Made by a program: the position numbers and the translations under genes. From Wolbachia endosymbiont of Cimex lectularius (GTDB lineage Bacteria; Pseudomonadota; Alphaproteobacteria; Rickettsiales; Anaplasmataceae), in the NCBI RefSeq assembly GCF_000829315.1, contig NZ_AP013028.1, forward strand, positions 420,001 to 452,000: a stretch of 32,000 nt of DNA, read 5' to 3'. Of the stretch, positions 1 to 8,422 are shown in pieces (position 1 is the stretch's first letter; every line of letters begins with the position of its first letter). The notes beneath the pieces are model-generated. The model searched no databases and was not told where the DNA came from. It saw only the letters and a program-made list of their open reading frames with translations.

Positions 1-108
1 GTAAAAGAAGTGATAGATATGTTAATTCAACAGGCAAACAATTATATCGAAAACAAATCTGTAGAAGTGGAAAACTCAATCATTAGCAAAGCAAATATCA
101 ACCAATAA
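1..108 (+). CDS. C-terminal end of an unidentified protein entering from the left edge (…VKEVIDMLIQQANNYIENKSVEVENSIISKANINQ*)
   Basis: Open frame 1 from base 1 to TAA at 106-108; too short to identify. Confidence 0.4.
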   Translation, partial: VKEVIDMLIQQANNYIENKSVEVENSIISKANINQ

Positions 109-212
109 GCAAATCGCCGTAATCGTCCATAATAGGGCATAATCGCCCAGTTTTAATGTAAAATTAACACTGATGAGGTATCTATACATTTTGTTATGTA
201 TGGAGGAATGCT

Positions 213-1412
213 ATGCCTGCTTTACTTGGTAAAAAAAATGTTTTACCCGCTAAAATACAAGAGCTTATTCAATCTTTGAATAATAAAGAAGATTGTGATC
301 TGTGCGGAGCTATATACAACAAGGCAACGAGAAAAAATCATAAAGGTAAAACTCTCACAAAGTACAGAGAGTTATTCGAGCAAGGGACTAGTCCTGAGGT
401 GTTAACTAAATTAGAAAAATCGCTGAGAGAACAAATTGAATTAGAAGAATCACCAGAAGAAAAAAAGGAACATCAAAGACATTACAAGTATTATATCAAA
501 ACCTTTCTTCCACCATTGCTACAAGAAATAACACAATCAAAAGAATTAGAACCAGAAAAAATAGAGCAAGTATTAAGAATAACTTCAGGCATTGTTAAGC
601 AGAGTAGCGAAGAAGAATGCAGGAGCCTCCTTTTAGAGTTGCAAAAAGAAATAATAAAGTCAAAAAGGTCGACAACGTCAAAAGAGCTAATGGCAAAAAA
701 AACGGAAATAGAAGCAACAGTTATGAGACTAATAGCTTCAGATGCTATTAGCAAGATCGTTGGTGAAAATCATCCTAATAACATTATTCAAAATCAAGGC
801 CCTGAAAATTTAGAAATAAATGATGAAGAAGAGTTAGAGAAACCTATAGAAACTCTTGAGCTCAGTGGTGATCCAGGTAGTAGAGCAAGTTCACCCGTAC
901 CGAGTGAGAAAAGCCCACCATCACCAGTAAGTAGGAGTGTAAGCCCAACATTAAACCATGCTAAAAAAGACGCTGGTCCACAAAAAAAAGAAACTAAGCA
1001 ACCAAAGCAGCCTGCAAAAGAAGAGCCAAAGAAGCAAGAAAATAAAATTTCAGGTGACCAAGCAGATCCAATCAGTAATGGTAATCCACAAAAAGAGGAT
1101 GAGAATCAAATGCAACCACCAAAGCAGAATCCAGAAGAAAAGCCAAAGAAGCAAGAAAATGAAAACTCAGAGCCTACAAAGCAACCCAATAACAGAAATT
1201 TTCGCATTGCACTTGCAACAGGTTGCGCTCTCTCTGCAATAGGATGTCTTATTGCCGGAGTGGTGACTTTGGGGATGGTAGGGGCAGGATTGTTGGTTAT
1301 GTCTGTAGTGCTTGCTATAGCAGCAGCAGTCACACGGTATTTAACCCCTCCTTCAAGTGAATTAACATCCACCAATTTGAGTCCTCTTATTGATGATGGT
1401 AAACAGCGGTAA
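213..1412 (+). CDS. Hypothetical protein with a Lys/Pro/Glu-rich middle region and a hydrophobic C-terminal hairpin
   Basis: 399-aa ORF, ATG start; low-complexity KKQE/KQP-rich region about aa 250-330, then GCALSAIGCLIAGVVTLGMVGAGLLVMSVVLAIAAAV (two predicted TM stretches). Confidence 0.8.
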   Translation: MPALLGKKNVLPAKIQELIQSLNNKEDCDLCGAIYNKATRKNHKGKTLTKYRELFEQGTSPEVLTKLEKSLREQIELEESPEEKKEHQRHYKYYIKTFLPPLLQEITQSKELEPEKIEQVLRITSGIVKQSSEEECRSLLLELQKEIIKSKRSTTSKELMAKKTEIEATVMRLIASDAISKIVGENHPNNIIQNQGPENLEINDEEELEKPIETLELSGDPGSRASSPVPSEKSPPSPVSRSVSPTLNHAKKDAGPQKKETKQPKQPAKEEPKKQENKISGDQADPISNGNPQKEDENQMQPPKQNPEEKPKKQENENSEPTKQPNNRNFRIALATGCALSAIGCLIAGVVTLGMVGAGLLVMSVVLAIAAAVTRYLTPPSSELTSTNLSPLIDDGKQR

Positions 1413-1510
1413 AAATTAAATATATGTTACTCGTAGTGAACAAACAAATTCAGTTCTTGCCTGTTGATGTGAAAGTTGTTATAATCAGGTGGTGTTTAAA
1501 AGGTATTTAG

Positions 1511-1876
1511 TTGATGCGCATTCAATTGAATAGAGTTTTAGTTTTTATAGCCCTATTAAGCTTCATTTTTACATCATACTCAGGCGAGGCGATTCCAGTG
1601 GATAATGAACTAAAGGATATACAAGAAACGGTAAAAAATTTTATTTCTTCATTTTCAGTTAAGGATACCTTAGAAAATATGAGTCCTTCGACAATCATAG
1701 GATTATGTATAGCTGCAGTGATACTTGCAATATTGTTTAGGGGCCTGATCTTTTTCATGATAATGTTTGGTGTACTGGTCATGATGTTTGGTAGCACGGA
1801 AAGGGCAACTGACTACTTGAAAGAGAAGTTTAGTTTTGTAAAAGTAAAACCTGACAACGAAAAAGATAAAAATTAA
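1511..1876 (+). CDS. Small membrane protein with signal peptide and hydrophobic hairpin; possible VirB2/TrbC-like pilin
   Basis: 121 aa; N-terminal signal (VLVFIALLSFIFTSYSGEA), paired TM segments (IIGLCIAAVILAILFRGLIFFMIMFGVLVMMFG), directly upstream of a VirB4 paralog. Family call is from topology and position only. Confidence 0.5.
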   Translation: MMRIQLNRVLVFIALLSFIFTSYSGEAIPVDNELKDIQETVKNFISSFSVKDTLENMSPSTIIGLCIAAVILAILFRGLIFFMIMFGVLVMMFGSTERATDYLKEKFSFVKVKPDNEKDKN

Positions 1877-1911
1877 GTATCACTGCCTTTATTGAACGCA
1901 CATGATGTTGT

Positions 1912-4266
1912 ATGCAGCCAAAAATACCAGCAATTAACACTAAGCTTGAAAAAAAGAATAATCTAGCATTATTAGAAAGCATTGATTTAGACTTTATCCC
2001 TTACGCTTGTCATTATGATGAGGAAACCATACTAACAAAACAGGGAGAATTATTAAAAATAATCAAGTTAGAAGATTATTCCTCTGCTGATAATTACAGC
2101 GACCTTAGAACTGAAATTAGAAAAAGCATATCAAAAAATATCGATAGCTTATATTTCACTGTTTGGATTCATACTGCCCGAAAGCGCAATAAACTGAGCT
2201 TAAAATGGAACAAAACTGGAGACTTTTCTGATAAACTACATTCAACGTGGCTTAATAAACTCACTGATAGTAAACTGCAGTATATAAACGAGTTATACAT
2301 CGTAGTATTATTTAGCGATTTTGGCGAGCATACTAATAATTCATTTTTTCTGAGTAGAATAAAAAATCAGCATAAACTGTCTCTACAAGAAAACCATCGG
2401 GAATTACAAAGGGTAACTAATTTAATTCAAAGTGATTTGGAGCCTTTCGGAGCTAAAAAGCTGGGCCTAAGGTTTAGTGAGTGTAAAATGTATTCTGAAA
2501 TGATGGAATTTCTCCATTATATTGTTACGTTAACACGCAAAGACTACCCAATATGTGAAAGGGATCTGTCGCAACATGTTGAAAACTTAAAGGTAGCTTT
2601 TGGTTTTAACACATTTCAAACAACATTTGAAAATCAACAGAAATTTGGTTCTATTTTTTGTATAAAGGAATATCGGGAAATCCCTTTAGAAAATATAGAT
2701 AGGTGTTTACAACTTGACTCTGAGTTTATTATTACAGAAATAATAATATTCACTAGTAATAACAAAGCAGTCAAAGAATTCAAAAAACAAATCAATATGC
2801 TGCAAGTCAGTGAGGACAGTATCTTACTTCAAAACCCAGAAATCAAAGAAATAATAGAACTGGAAAAAACTTCTGCTATAGACTTTTGTCAACAGAAAAT
2901 TATTTTCACAATTTTTGCTGACGATAGAAAGAGACTAGCTGAAAACATCAGCGATTTGTCCGCAGTAATGTCGTTAGTTGGTTTGATGATGTTTAGAGCT
3001 GATCTACATATGAAAGATCATTTTTGGGCACAACTTCCAGGCAATTTTACTTTTGTTACACAACCGAAAAATATATTAAAAAAATATGCCTGCAGCTTTG
3101 CTATGCTACATGATTTTAGGTCAGGTACATTAAAAGGAGGAAGGTGGAAGGAAGCAGTAACGGTCTTTTTCTCAAAAAAAGGGTGCCCTTACTTTTTTAA
3201 TTTTCATGGAAAGAAAAACAATGGTCATACTACGATACTTGGCGCTCCGAATTCAGGCAGAACTTCACTAATTAATTTCCTGTTGTCAGAGTCAAGAAAA
3301 TTTGATCCTAGAATTGTCATATTAGACAACACCGGAAAGTCAATAATTTTTACTAAAGCGGTGAGCGGTAAATATTACATAATTGATCCAAAATATAAAA
3401 ATAAAAGCTTGAAATTTAATCCACTAAACATTGAAGGTAGTGCTTCCAATCGCAATATGCTAGTTGAACTGATCAAAAGAATGGTGGCTGATACAAACTC
3501 GGTGGATGTGGAGGAGAAGATAAAAAAAATTGTAGATTCTATATTTGCTATACCAAGGGAGTCGCGTTCTATTTCACAAATTTCTGAAGTGCTCTTACTC
3601 CTTGGGGGCAAGATAAGTAAATGGTGCAATGATGGTGAGTTTGCTTATTTATTTCAAGATGGTGATGAATCAGACATTGATTGGGAAATGAGAACTATAT
3701 CTCTCAATACTGCAAACCTTACGAAACGAAAGGAATGTATGTCCGTGATACTTTACTATTTCTTATACTCTTTTGAAGCAAAATGTGATGGCTCGCCTGC
3801 AATACTTGTTTTGGATGAAGCATGGGAGATAAGTAATATTTTTCCTACGGAGAAAGAGTTTGATAACTGGATGCACAGGATGACAAAATTAAATGTTGTG
3901 GTAATTCTAAGTACTGAAAACTTGAACCTGGCATTTGCTAGCAAATTTACTCAATATCTAGATAAACACGTTGATACAAGGATTTTGATGCCGAACGTCA
4001 ATGCAAATAGGTTATACATGAAAGCATTTTCTCTATCGAAAGAGGAACTAAACATAATCCTGCAAACACCAACGCAAGAAGGTTTGTTTTTGATAAAACA
4101 ATACAAAGGACTAGTAACTTTAAATTTAGATTTGAAAGATATGCAAGAAATACACATACTTTCAGCTAATAAAGATACTATAAAGTATATGTACGAAGCA
4201 ATAAAAGAAAAAGGGGAAGAAGTTAGTAAGTGGTTACCGGTGTTTTATGAAAAGTGTAAGGCTTAA
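1912..4266 (+). CDS. virB4: VirB4-family type IV secretion ATPase paralog (divergent Walker A)
   Basis: 784 aa; GAPNSGRTSLINFLL at the Walker A position, ILVLDEAWEI Walker B, C-terminal 'STENLNLAFASKFTQYLDKHVDTRILMPN' typical of VirB4/CagE. Confidence 0.85.
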   Translation: MQPKIPAINTKLEKKNNLALLESIDLDFIPYACHYDEETILTKQGELLKIIKLEDYSSADNYSDLRTEIRKSISKNIDSLYFTVWIHTARKRNKLSLKWNKTGDFSDKLHSTWLNKLTDSKLQYINELYIVVLFSDFGEHTNNSFFLSRIKNQHKLSLQENHRELQRVTNLIQSDLEPFGAKKLGLRFSECKMYSEMMEFLHYIVTLTRKDYPICERDLSQHVENLKVAFGFNTFQTTFENQQKFGSIFCIKEYREIPLENIDRCLQLDSEFIITEIIIFTSNNKAVKEFKKQINMLQVSEDSILLQNPEIKEIIELEKTSAIDFCQQKIIFTIFADDRKRLAENISDLSAVMSLVGLMMFRADLHMKDHFWAQLPGNFTFVTQPKNILKKYACSFAMLHDFRSGTLKGGRWKEAVTVFFSKKGCPYFFNFHGKKNNGHTTILGAPNSGRTSLINFLLSESRKFDPRIVILDNTGKSIIFTKAVSGKYYIIDPKYKNKSLKFNPLNIEGSASNRNMLVELIKRMVADTNSVDVEEKIKKIVDSIFAIPRESRSISQISEVLLLLGGKISKWCNDGEFAYLFQDGDESDIDWEMRTISLNTANLTKRKECMSVILYYFLYSFEAKCDGSPAILVLDEAWEISNIFPTEKEFDNWMHRMTKLNVVVILSTENLNLAFASKFTQYLDKHVDTRILMPNVNANRLYMKAFSLSKEELNIILQTPTQEGLFLIKQYKGLVTLNLDLKDMQEIHILSANKDTIKYMYEAIKEKGEEVSKWLPVFYEKCKA

Positions 4267-7219
4267 CTTTTTATTTATATTCCTCTTGACATTTGGTCTT
4301 TCGTATCAGGGATATGCTGAGTGTCCATCTCTCGTATGGAGTAATACTCATACCGAGGCAAATTTAAGTAAGACAGGTAAAGGTATTAAGAACTTTTTTC
4401 GTGGCAAGTGGGATGACTTGGATTTCGACGAAAAATTATTGCAGTATATTAAAGTCAAAGCAGTGAAAGATCAAGGAATTGGTGGTTACTTTAACCCGAA
4501 AATTAGAGTATGTGATTATGAAGGAGATAATTGTCATGAATTGTACAGTAGAACGTCTTGTCAAAAAATATATGGAACACAAGGGAGTGGAGCTGGAGTT
4601 TCAGCAGCAGTTTTTATAGACTGGGAAGGAGATAAAACAAGAGCTGGAGGAGAAATTGTTCAGGGTCTTGAATGGGAATGGGCAGAAGGTGTCACTGATG
4701 AAGAAAAAGTAAAATTTGCTAATTCTCCTAAGATATGCGCTTGTAGCCAAAAGAGCGCTTGCCTGAGTGGTGCTTCTGCAACTTTTGCTAGGTGGGGTCA
4801 AGGAGCGAATATTTTCCGCCCTGGAGAAATGGCAAAAGTTTGTGATACTTGTTTGTGGAGTCAAGGGAAACAAAAAATAAAATGTGCCCCTGTACCACTT
4901 GCACCTGGCCCACCTCCGTTCTGTGAACAACTTGCGATGTCACCTCCACAGGTTAGAATTGTTCCTATAACAAATGAAAAAAATGATTACTTTGATCTTA
5001 GGGTTAAGGTAATAATTGGTGACCTAATAGGAAAAGACGGAGAAATCGGAGAAAAGTTAGATTTTCCAAGAGAGTACAAAAAGGATAAGGCTGGGGAGAG
5101 CCCTACTCCGGGTGAAGTTAGGGAGCATTCTATTTTAGATAGAGATGGTACTACACACTACTTTGAAACGTACAGAAAAAAAAATAAACTCTGCACTGAA
5201 TACCGCGGTACCGAAAAGGAGGAATCTAAAAGAAGATTGCAATTTCCTGCTCGTTGTTTTCCGGTGCCACCTGCTCCAGAGCCTGAAGTAGTGGAGATAG
5301 TAAATGAAAATACGTTAAAAATAAAAGTAGAGATGAGCAGAAAAAGTTGCATGAAACAAGTAAATAGAAGTTATAGTGATGGCTATTGTACTTTCGAGAT
5401 CAGTTTTAATGCTAGTGAAGATAGGAAAAAAATTGACCCACGGTCTTTTAGAGTGATAAAACCAAGAATAATTAAAAAAACAACTAAGAATAGTAATGAT
5501 GAAAGTAACATCACTGATGTTATAGAAGGTATATTAAGAAAGAATCCTCAGTTTGCAATTTTGGAAAAATATGGGCTTACTCCTAATATTGGGATCCAGT
5601 TTCCTAATGGTGAGGATTACAGTATAACAAATCCTGACAAATCCAGTAAAAAAGGACCAACTAATTTGGAATTAGATGATATGGGACTACCAAAAATAGA
5701 AGTAAGGTACATGAGAGTAAAGGATCAAGCAAACTCTAAAAGAAAAATGCTTTGTCTTTCTGGTTGGAAGCCAGAACCAGAAGAGTTTGTACTTAAAAGA
5801 GGTGAGGAGGGAGAAAGTAAGATAATATCATTAAAATCAATGGGGGCAAGGTACGTTAAGTACAATACTGTTTATTCAAAGGAGTCGAATCAACTTTATT
5901 ATTTCCCTTGCAACGAAACAACTAATGTTTTGGCAAAGCCACAGGGCGAGCTAGATAAAATAATATTCAATAAGCGGGGATATATTTCCATTCCTGAAGA
6001 AAATATGAATAGAAGCAATTGCATTGCGGAAAAGGATGACGAAATGGATACAAAACAGAATTGCAACAAATGCAAGATAGTGTATAAATTAATAGATGGA
6101 AAGCGTAAGGAAAAATGTGAACAAGGTCAAGATGGCTGTCTCTGCTCAGGTAAAGCATGTAGCCGCTCAACACAATACTTGAACAAAAAAGGCGAGCCAT
6201 TTTATTTAAGGTACGAGGAAGTGGATTGTAAAGATAAGGATGGTAAAACACTAAAAAACGAAAAAGGTGAAATACAAAAGTGCACACAATTGAAAGATCA
6301 ACTGGTTAAAGCAAACAGACCAGAGGTTTTTTATGCTGATAAATTGTGTAGGCTTGACTTGGCAGGTTTAAAAGCGAAATTGAAAGAAATAATCAAGAAG
6401 CAGTTAGAAAAGAAGAAACAAGATATTGAAGAGAAGGATCGGAAAACTTATGATCTTGGAGATGGCTATACAGATGACTTGTCGCAATATGATTATGTTG
6501 AAATAGAGGCATGGGGAGGTGGTGAAGCAGGTCATATAAAAAACACTGCTCACTCTACAGAAAGTAGACCAGGAATGCCAGGAGATTATATTAAAGCTAA
6601 ACTAAAAATTGATCCTAATCACCCTGTGATTAAAGTTAAAGTTACGGAAGGAGGAGGTGGACAAGAAGATAGTCTATCAAACAAGGATGGAGGGCCAACT
6701 TGGATAGAAATGTGTAATTCGTACAGGCAAGATTGCCAGCCATTAATTACTGTTGCTGGTGGGGGTAAATACAGAACCTATGGGGGAAGGGATTACACAG
6801 ATACAATAATTCATGAACAAAATTTAAAGCTAGAAGAGGAAATTACGAAAGGAGATAAGCTAAGTTCTACTGAAGATAATAAAATAGCATATATAGATGA
6901 TGGTGAGATCAAGTATAAAAACGTAACAGAATGCAATAAAAGCTATGCTAATAAGACACATGGTGCTGGTGGTTGTGTTAATAAAGATAATGGAAGTTAT
7001 AGTAAAGGCTCTCCTGGTTATGCGAAGATTAAATCTATGTTTGACAAGATTGATGAAAGTAAAATAAATGTTGCTGTTGATGAGATGGTAGACAATCTAA
7101 AAGATATTACAATTGATGATTCTTTAATAAATAAACTTGATCACGATATAATTGATACAATTAAAGAAGAAATTAGAAAAGAATTGTTAGGGTCAGAGCC
7201 AAAAGGTTCTAAATCGTAG
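4247..7219 (+). CDS. Large secreted Cys-rich protein with a Gly-rich adhesin/tail-like C-terminal segment, linked to virB4
   Basis: 990 aa; signal peptide (LNFLFIFLLTFGLSYQGYAEC), many Cys (CACSQKSAC, CNKCKIVYK, CLCSGKAC), CAPVPLAPGPPPFC segment resembling Rickettsiales VirB6 C-terminal extensions, and 'YVEIEAWGGGEAGH…KVKVTEGGGG'. Overlaps the virB4 stop by 20 nt. Confidence 0.75.
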   Translation: MKSVRLNFLFIFLLTFGLSYQGYAECPSLVWSNTHTEANLSKTGKGIKNFFRGKWDDLDFDEKLLQYIKVKAVKDQGIGGYFNPKIRVCDYEGDNCHELYSRTSCQKIYGTQGSGAGVSAAVFIDWEGDKTRAGGEIVQGLEWEWAEGVTDEEKVKFANSPKICACSQKSACLSGASATFARWGQGANIFRPGEMAKVCDTCLWSQGKQKIKCAPVPLAPGPPPFCEQLAMSPPQVRIVPITNEKNDYFDLRVKVIIGDLIGKDGEIGEKLDFPREYKKDKAGESPTPGEVREHSILDRDGTTHYFETYRKKNKLCTEYRGTEKEESKRRLQFPARCFPVPPAPEPEVVEIVNENTLKIKVEMSRKSCMKQVNRSYSDGYCTFEISFNASEDRKKIDPRSFRVIKPRIIKKTTKNSNDESNITDVIEGILRKNPQFAILEKYGLTPNIGIQFPNGEDYSITNPDKSSKKGPTNLELDDMGLPKIEVRYMRVKDQANSKRKMLCLSGWKPEPEEFVLKRGEEGESKIISLKSMGARYVKYNTVYSKESNQLYYFPCNETTNVLAKPQGELDKIIFNKRGYISIPEENMNRSNCIAEKDDEMDTKQNCNKCKIVYKLIDGKRKEKCEQGQDGCLCSGKACSRSTQYLNKKGEPFYLRYEEVDCKDKDGKTLKNEKGEIQKCTQLKDQLVKANRPEVFYADKLCRLDLAGLKAKLKEIIKKQLEKKKQDIEEKDRKTYDLGDGYTDDLSQYDYVEIEAWGGGEAGHIKNTAHSTESRPGMPGDYIKAKLKIDPNHPVIKVKVTEGGGGQEDSLSNKDGGPTWIEMCNSYRQDCQPLITVAGGGKYRTYGGRDYTDTIIHEQNLKLEEEITKGDKLSSTEDNKIAYIDDGEIKYKNVTECNKSYANKTHGAGGCVNKDNGSYSKGSPGYAKIKSMFDKIDESKINVAVDEMVDNLKDITIDDSLINKLDHDIIDTIKEEIRKELLGSEPKGSKS

Positions 7220-7353
7220 CTTAAAGTGTCTTAACATCATGAATTTTGCCTCTTACTTTAATAATTAATTAAAGTAAATCACGTATTAATTTGCTATTCA
7301 GTTTAATTGCTATATTTTAACAAAAAGGTACAGCTAATGTAAGGGGGTGCTTT

Positions 7354-7965
7354 ATGTCTCTGAGTAATAAGATTTCTGGGCTAATAGAACAACAATTTAA
7401 CATTAAAAACCATGATAACTATTTGGCTTACGCTATACACAAGTGGGCTGCAAGTGAAATGTCCGATTCCATTGCTCTTTGTATAACTGGCAGTGGCGAA
7501 TGCAAGATCAAGTATCAAGACATTGCAAATTCATTCAACATAACAAAAGAGGAAATTGACCAGGGTAATATTGAAAGTATAGGAAATAAAATAAGAAGTG
7601 AAGCTGAAAAGGAAGATAGCAAGTTTTCTGAGTTGATTTCTAGAATGGATCAATCGCTAAAAGAGCAGAGTGAAAAGTCTATTATACAAATTTTAAATTC
7701 ATCTGCTGAGGAGATGTTGAGGAGTTTTTGTGGGCAATGCAATAGCTCTGCGGAGGAAAACAGTTCCCCTAGTCTCAAGAAATCAATAATGCACCCTCTG
7801 CTTTACCTGAAGAGCCTACCACAGAAGGTTTGGAAACTACTACCAATCAAGATCCTTTTTCAACCTAATCAACCCCATATATATACTCTTTTTGCACCCA
7901 CGCTTTACGTTTTGAGGAGGATAGCAAGCACCATTTCTCATTGCATTTTTCTATTCTCATTATAA
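7354..7965 (+). CDS. Hypothetical protein
   Basis: 203-aa ORF with GTCxxC-like motif (SFCGQCNSS); C-terminal ~35 aa may be read-through, as the 3' end overlaps a convergent gene. Confidence 0.5.
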   Translation: MSLSNKISGLIEQQFNIKNHDNYLAYAIHKWAASEMSDSIALCITGSGECKIKYQDIANSFNITKEEIDQGNIESIGNKIRSEAEKEDSKFSELISRMDQSLKEQSEKSIIQILNSSAEEMLRSFCGQCNSSAEENSSPSLKKSIMHPLLYLKSLPQKVWKLLPIKILFQPNQPHIYTLFAPTLYVLRRIASTISHCIFLFSL

Positions 7966-8353
7966 CGTATTCGTCTATTTTCATAGTAATCTTACTGTCC
8001 ATATTCTGTTTTTGATATCCATAAGTATCTTCTTTTATCATCGCGTAGCGCCTGTTATTGAGCAGATTACTTTTTATCCATCCGCAGTCTTCTTTTATAT
8101 CACAGACCTTTTTCCAGTTTTCAAACTCTTCTATCACTTTTAGGGGCAGGTTTTTGCAAGTGTATATCCATATTACAGGATAGTGAAACCCTGGTCCTGT
8201 TCTCATATTGACTTTATTTGATTTTATTGAAACAAAGTTGCTGGCAAACAAGTTAGGACTAAACAATAAAAACAATAGGATAATAGTAGATCTATTTCTG
8301 AACCAAGATCCTAGTGTCACGCACTGGGGTGACGTAAGTGGTTTATTCATCAT
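7865..8353 (-). CDS. Bacterial SH3-domain (SH3b) exported protein
   Basis: 162 aa; 'FVSIKSNKVNMRTGPGFHYPVIWIYTCKNLPLKVIEEFENWKKVCD' matches SH3b repeats; signal peptide after a repeat-encoded N-terminus. Confidence 0.75.
   Translation of the reverse strand: MMNKPLTSPQCVTLGSWFRNRSTIILLFLLFSPNLFASNFVSIKSNKVNMRTGPGFHYPVIWIYTCKNLPLKVIEEFENWKKVCDIKEDCGWIKSNLLNNRRYAMIKEDTYGYQKQNMDSKITMKIDEYVIMRIEKCNEKWCLLSSSKRKAWVQKEYIYGVD
8302..8333 (-). repeat. Short palindromic repeat (gtcaccccagtgcgtgacactaggatcttgg)
   Basis: Near-identical to the elements at 8902 and 11278; inside the 5' end of the SH3b ORF. Confidence 0.75.
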
Positions 8354-8422
8354 AATTCACGATTAGATTGACATAAGATAAAGAGTAAATTAAAAATTGA
8401 ATAGATTTTTAATTTACAATAG

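Noticed and set aside
958-1242. Plus ORF 958..1242 (Lys/Ser-rich, 94 aa)
   Set aside because: Alternative frame of the low-complexity segment of the 399-aa gene.
3375-6287. Antisense ORFs within virB4 and the 990-aa gene (3375..3629, 3756..3944, 3951..4157, 4601..4930, 5158..5352, 5967..6287)
   Set aside because: They overlap long conserved sense frames and lack family-like features.
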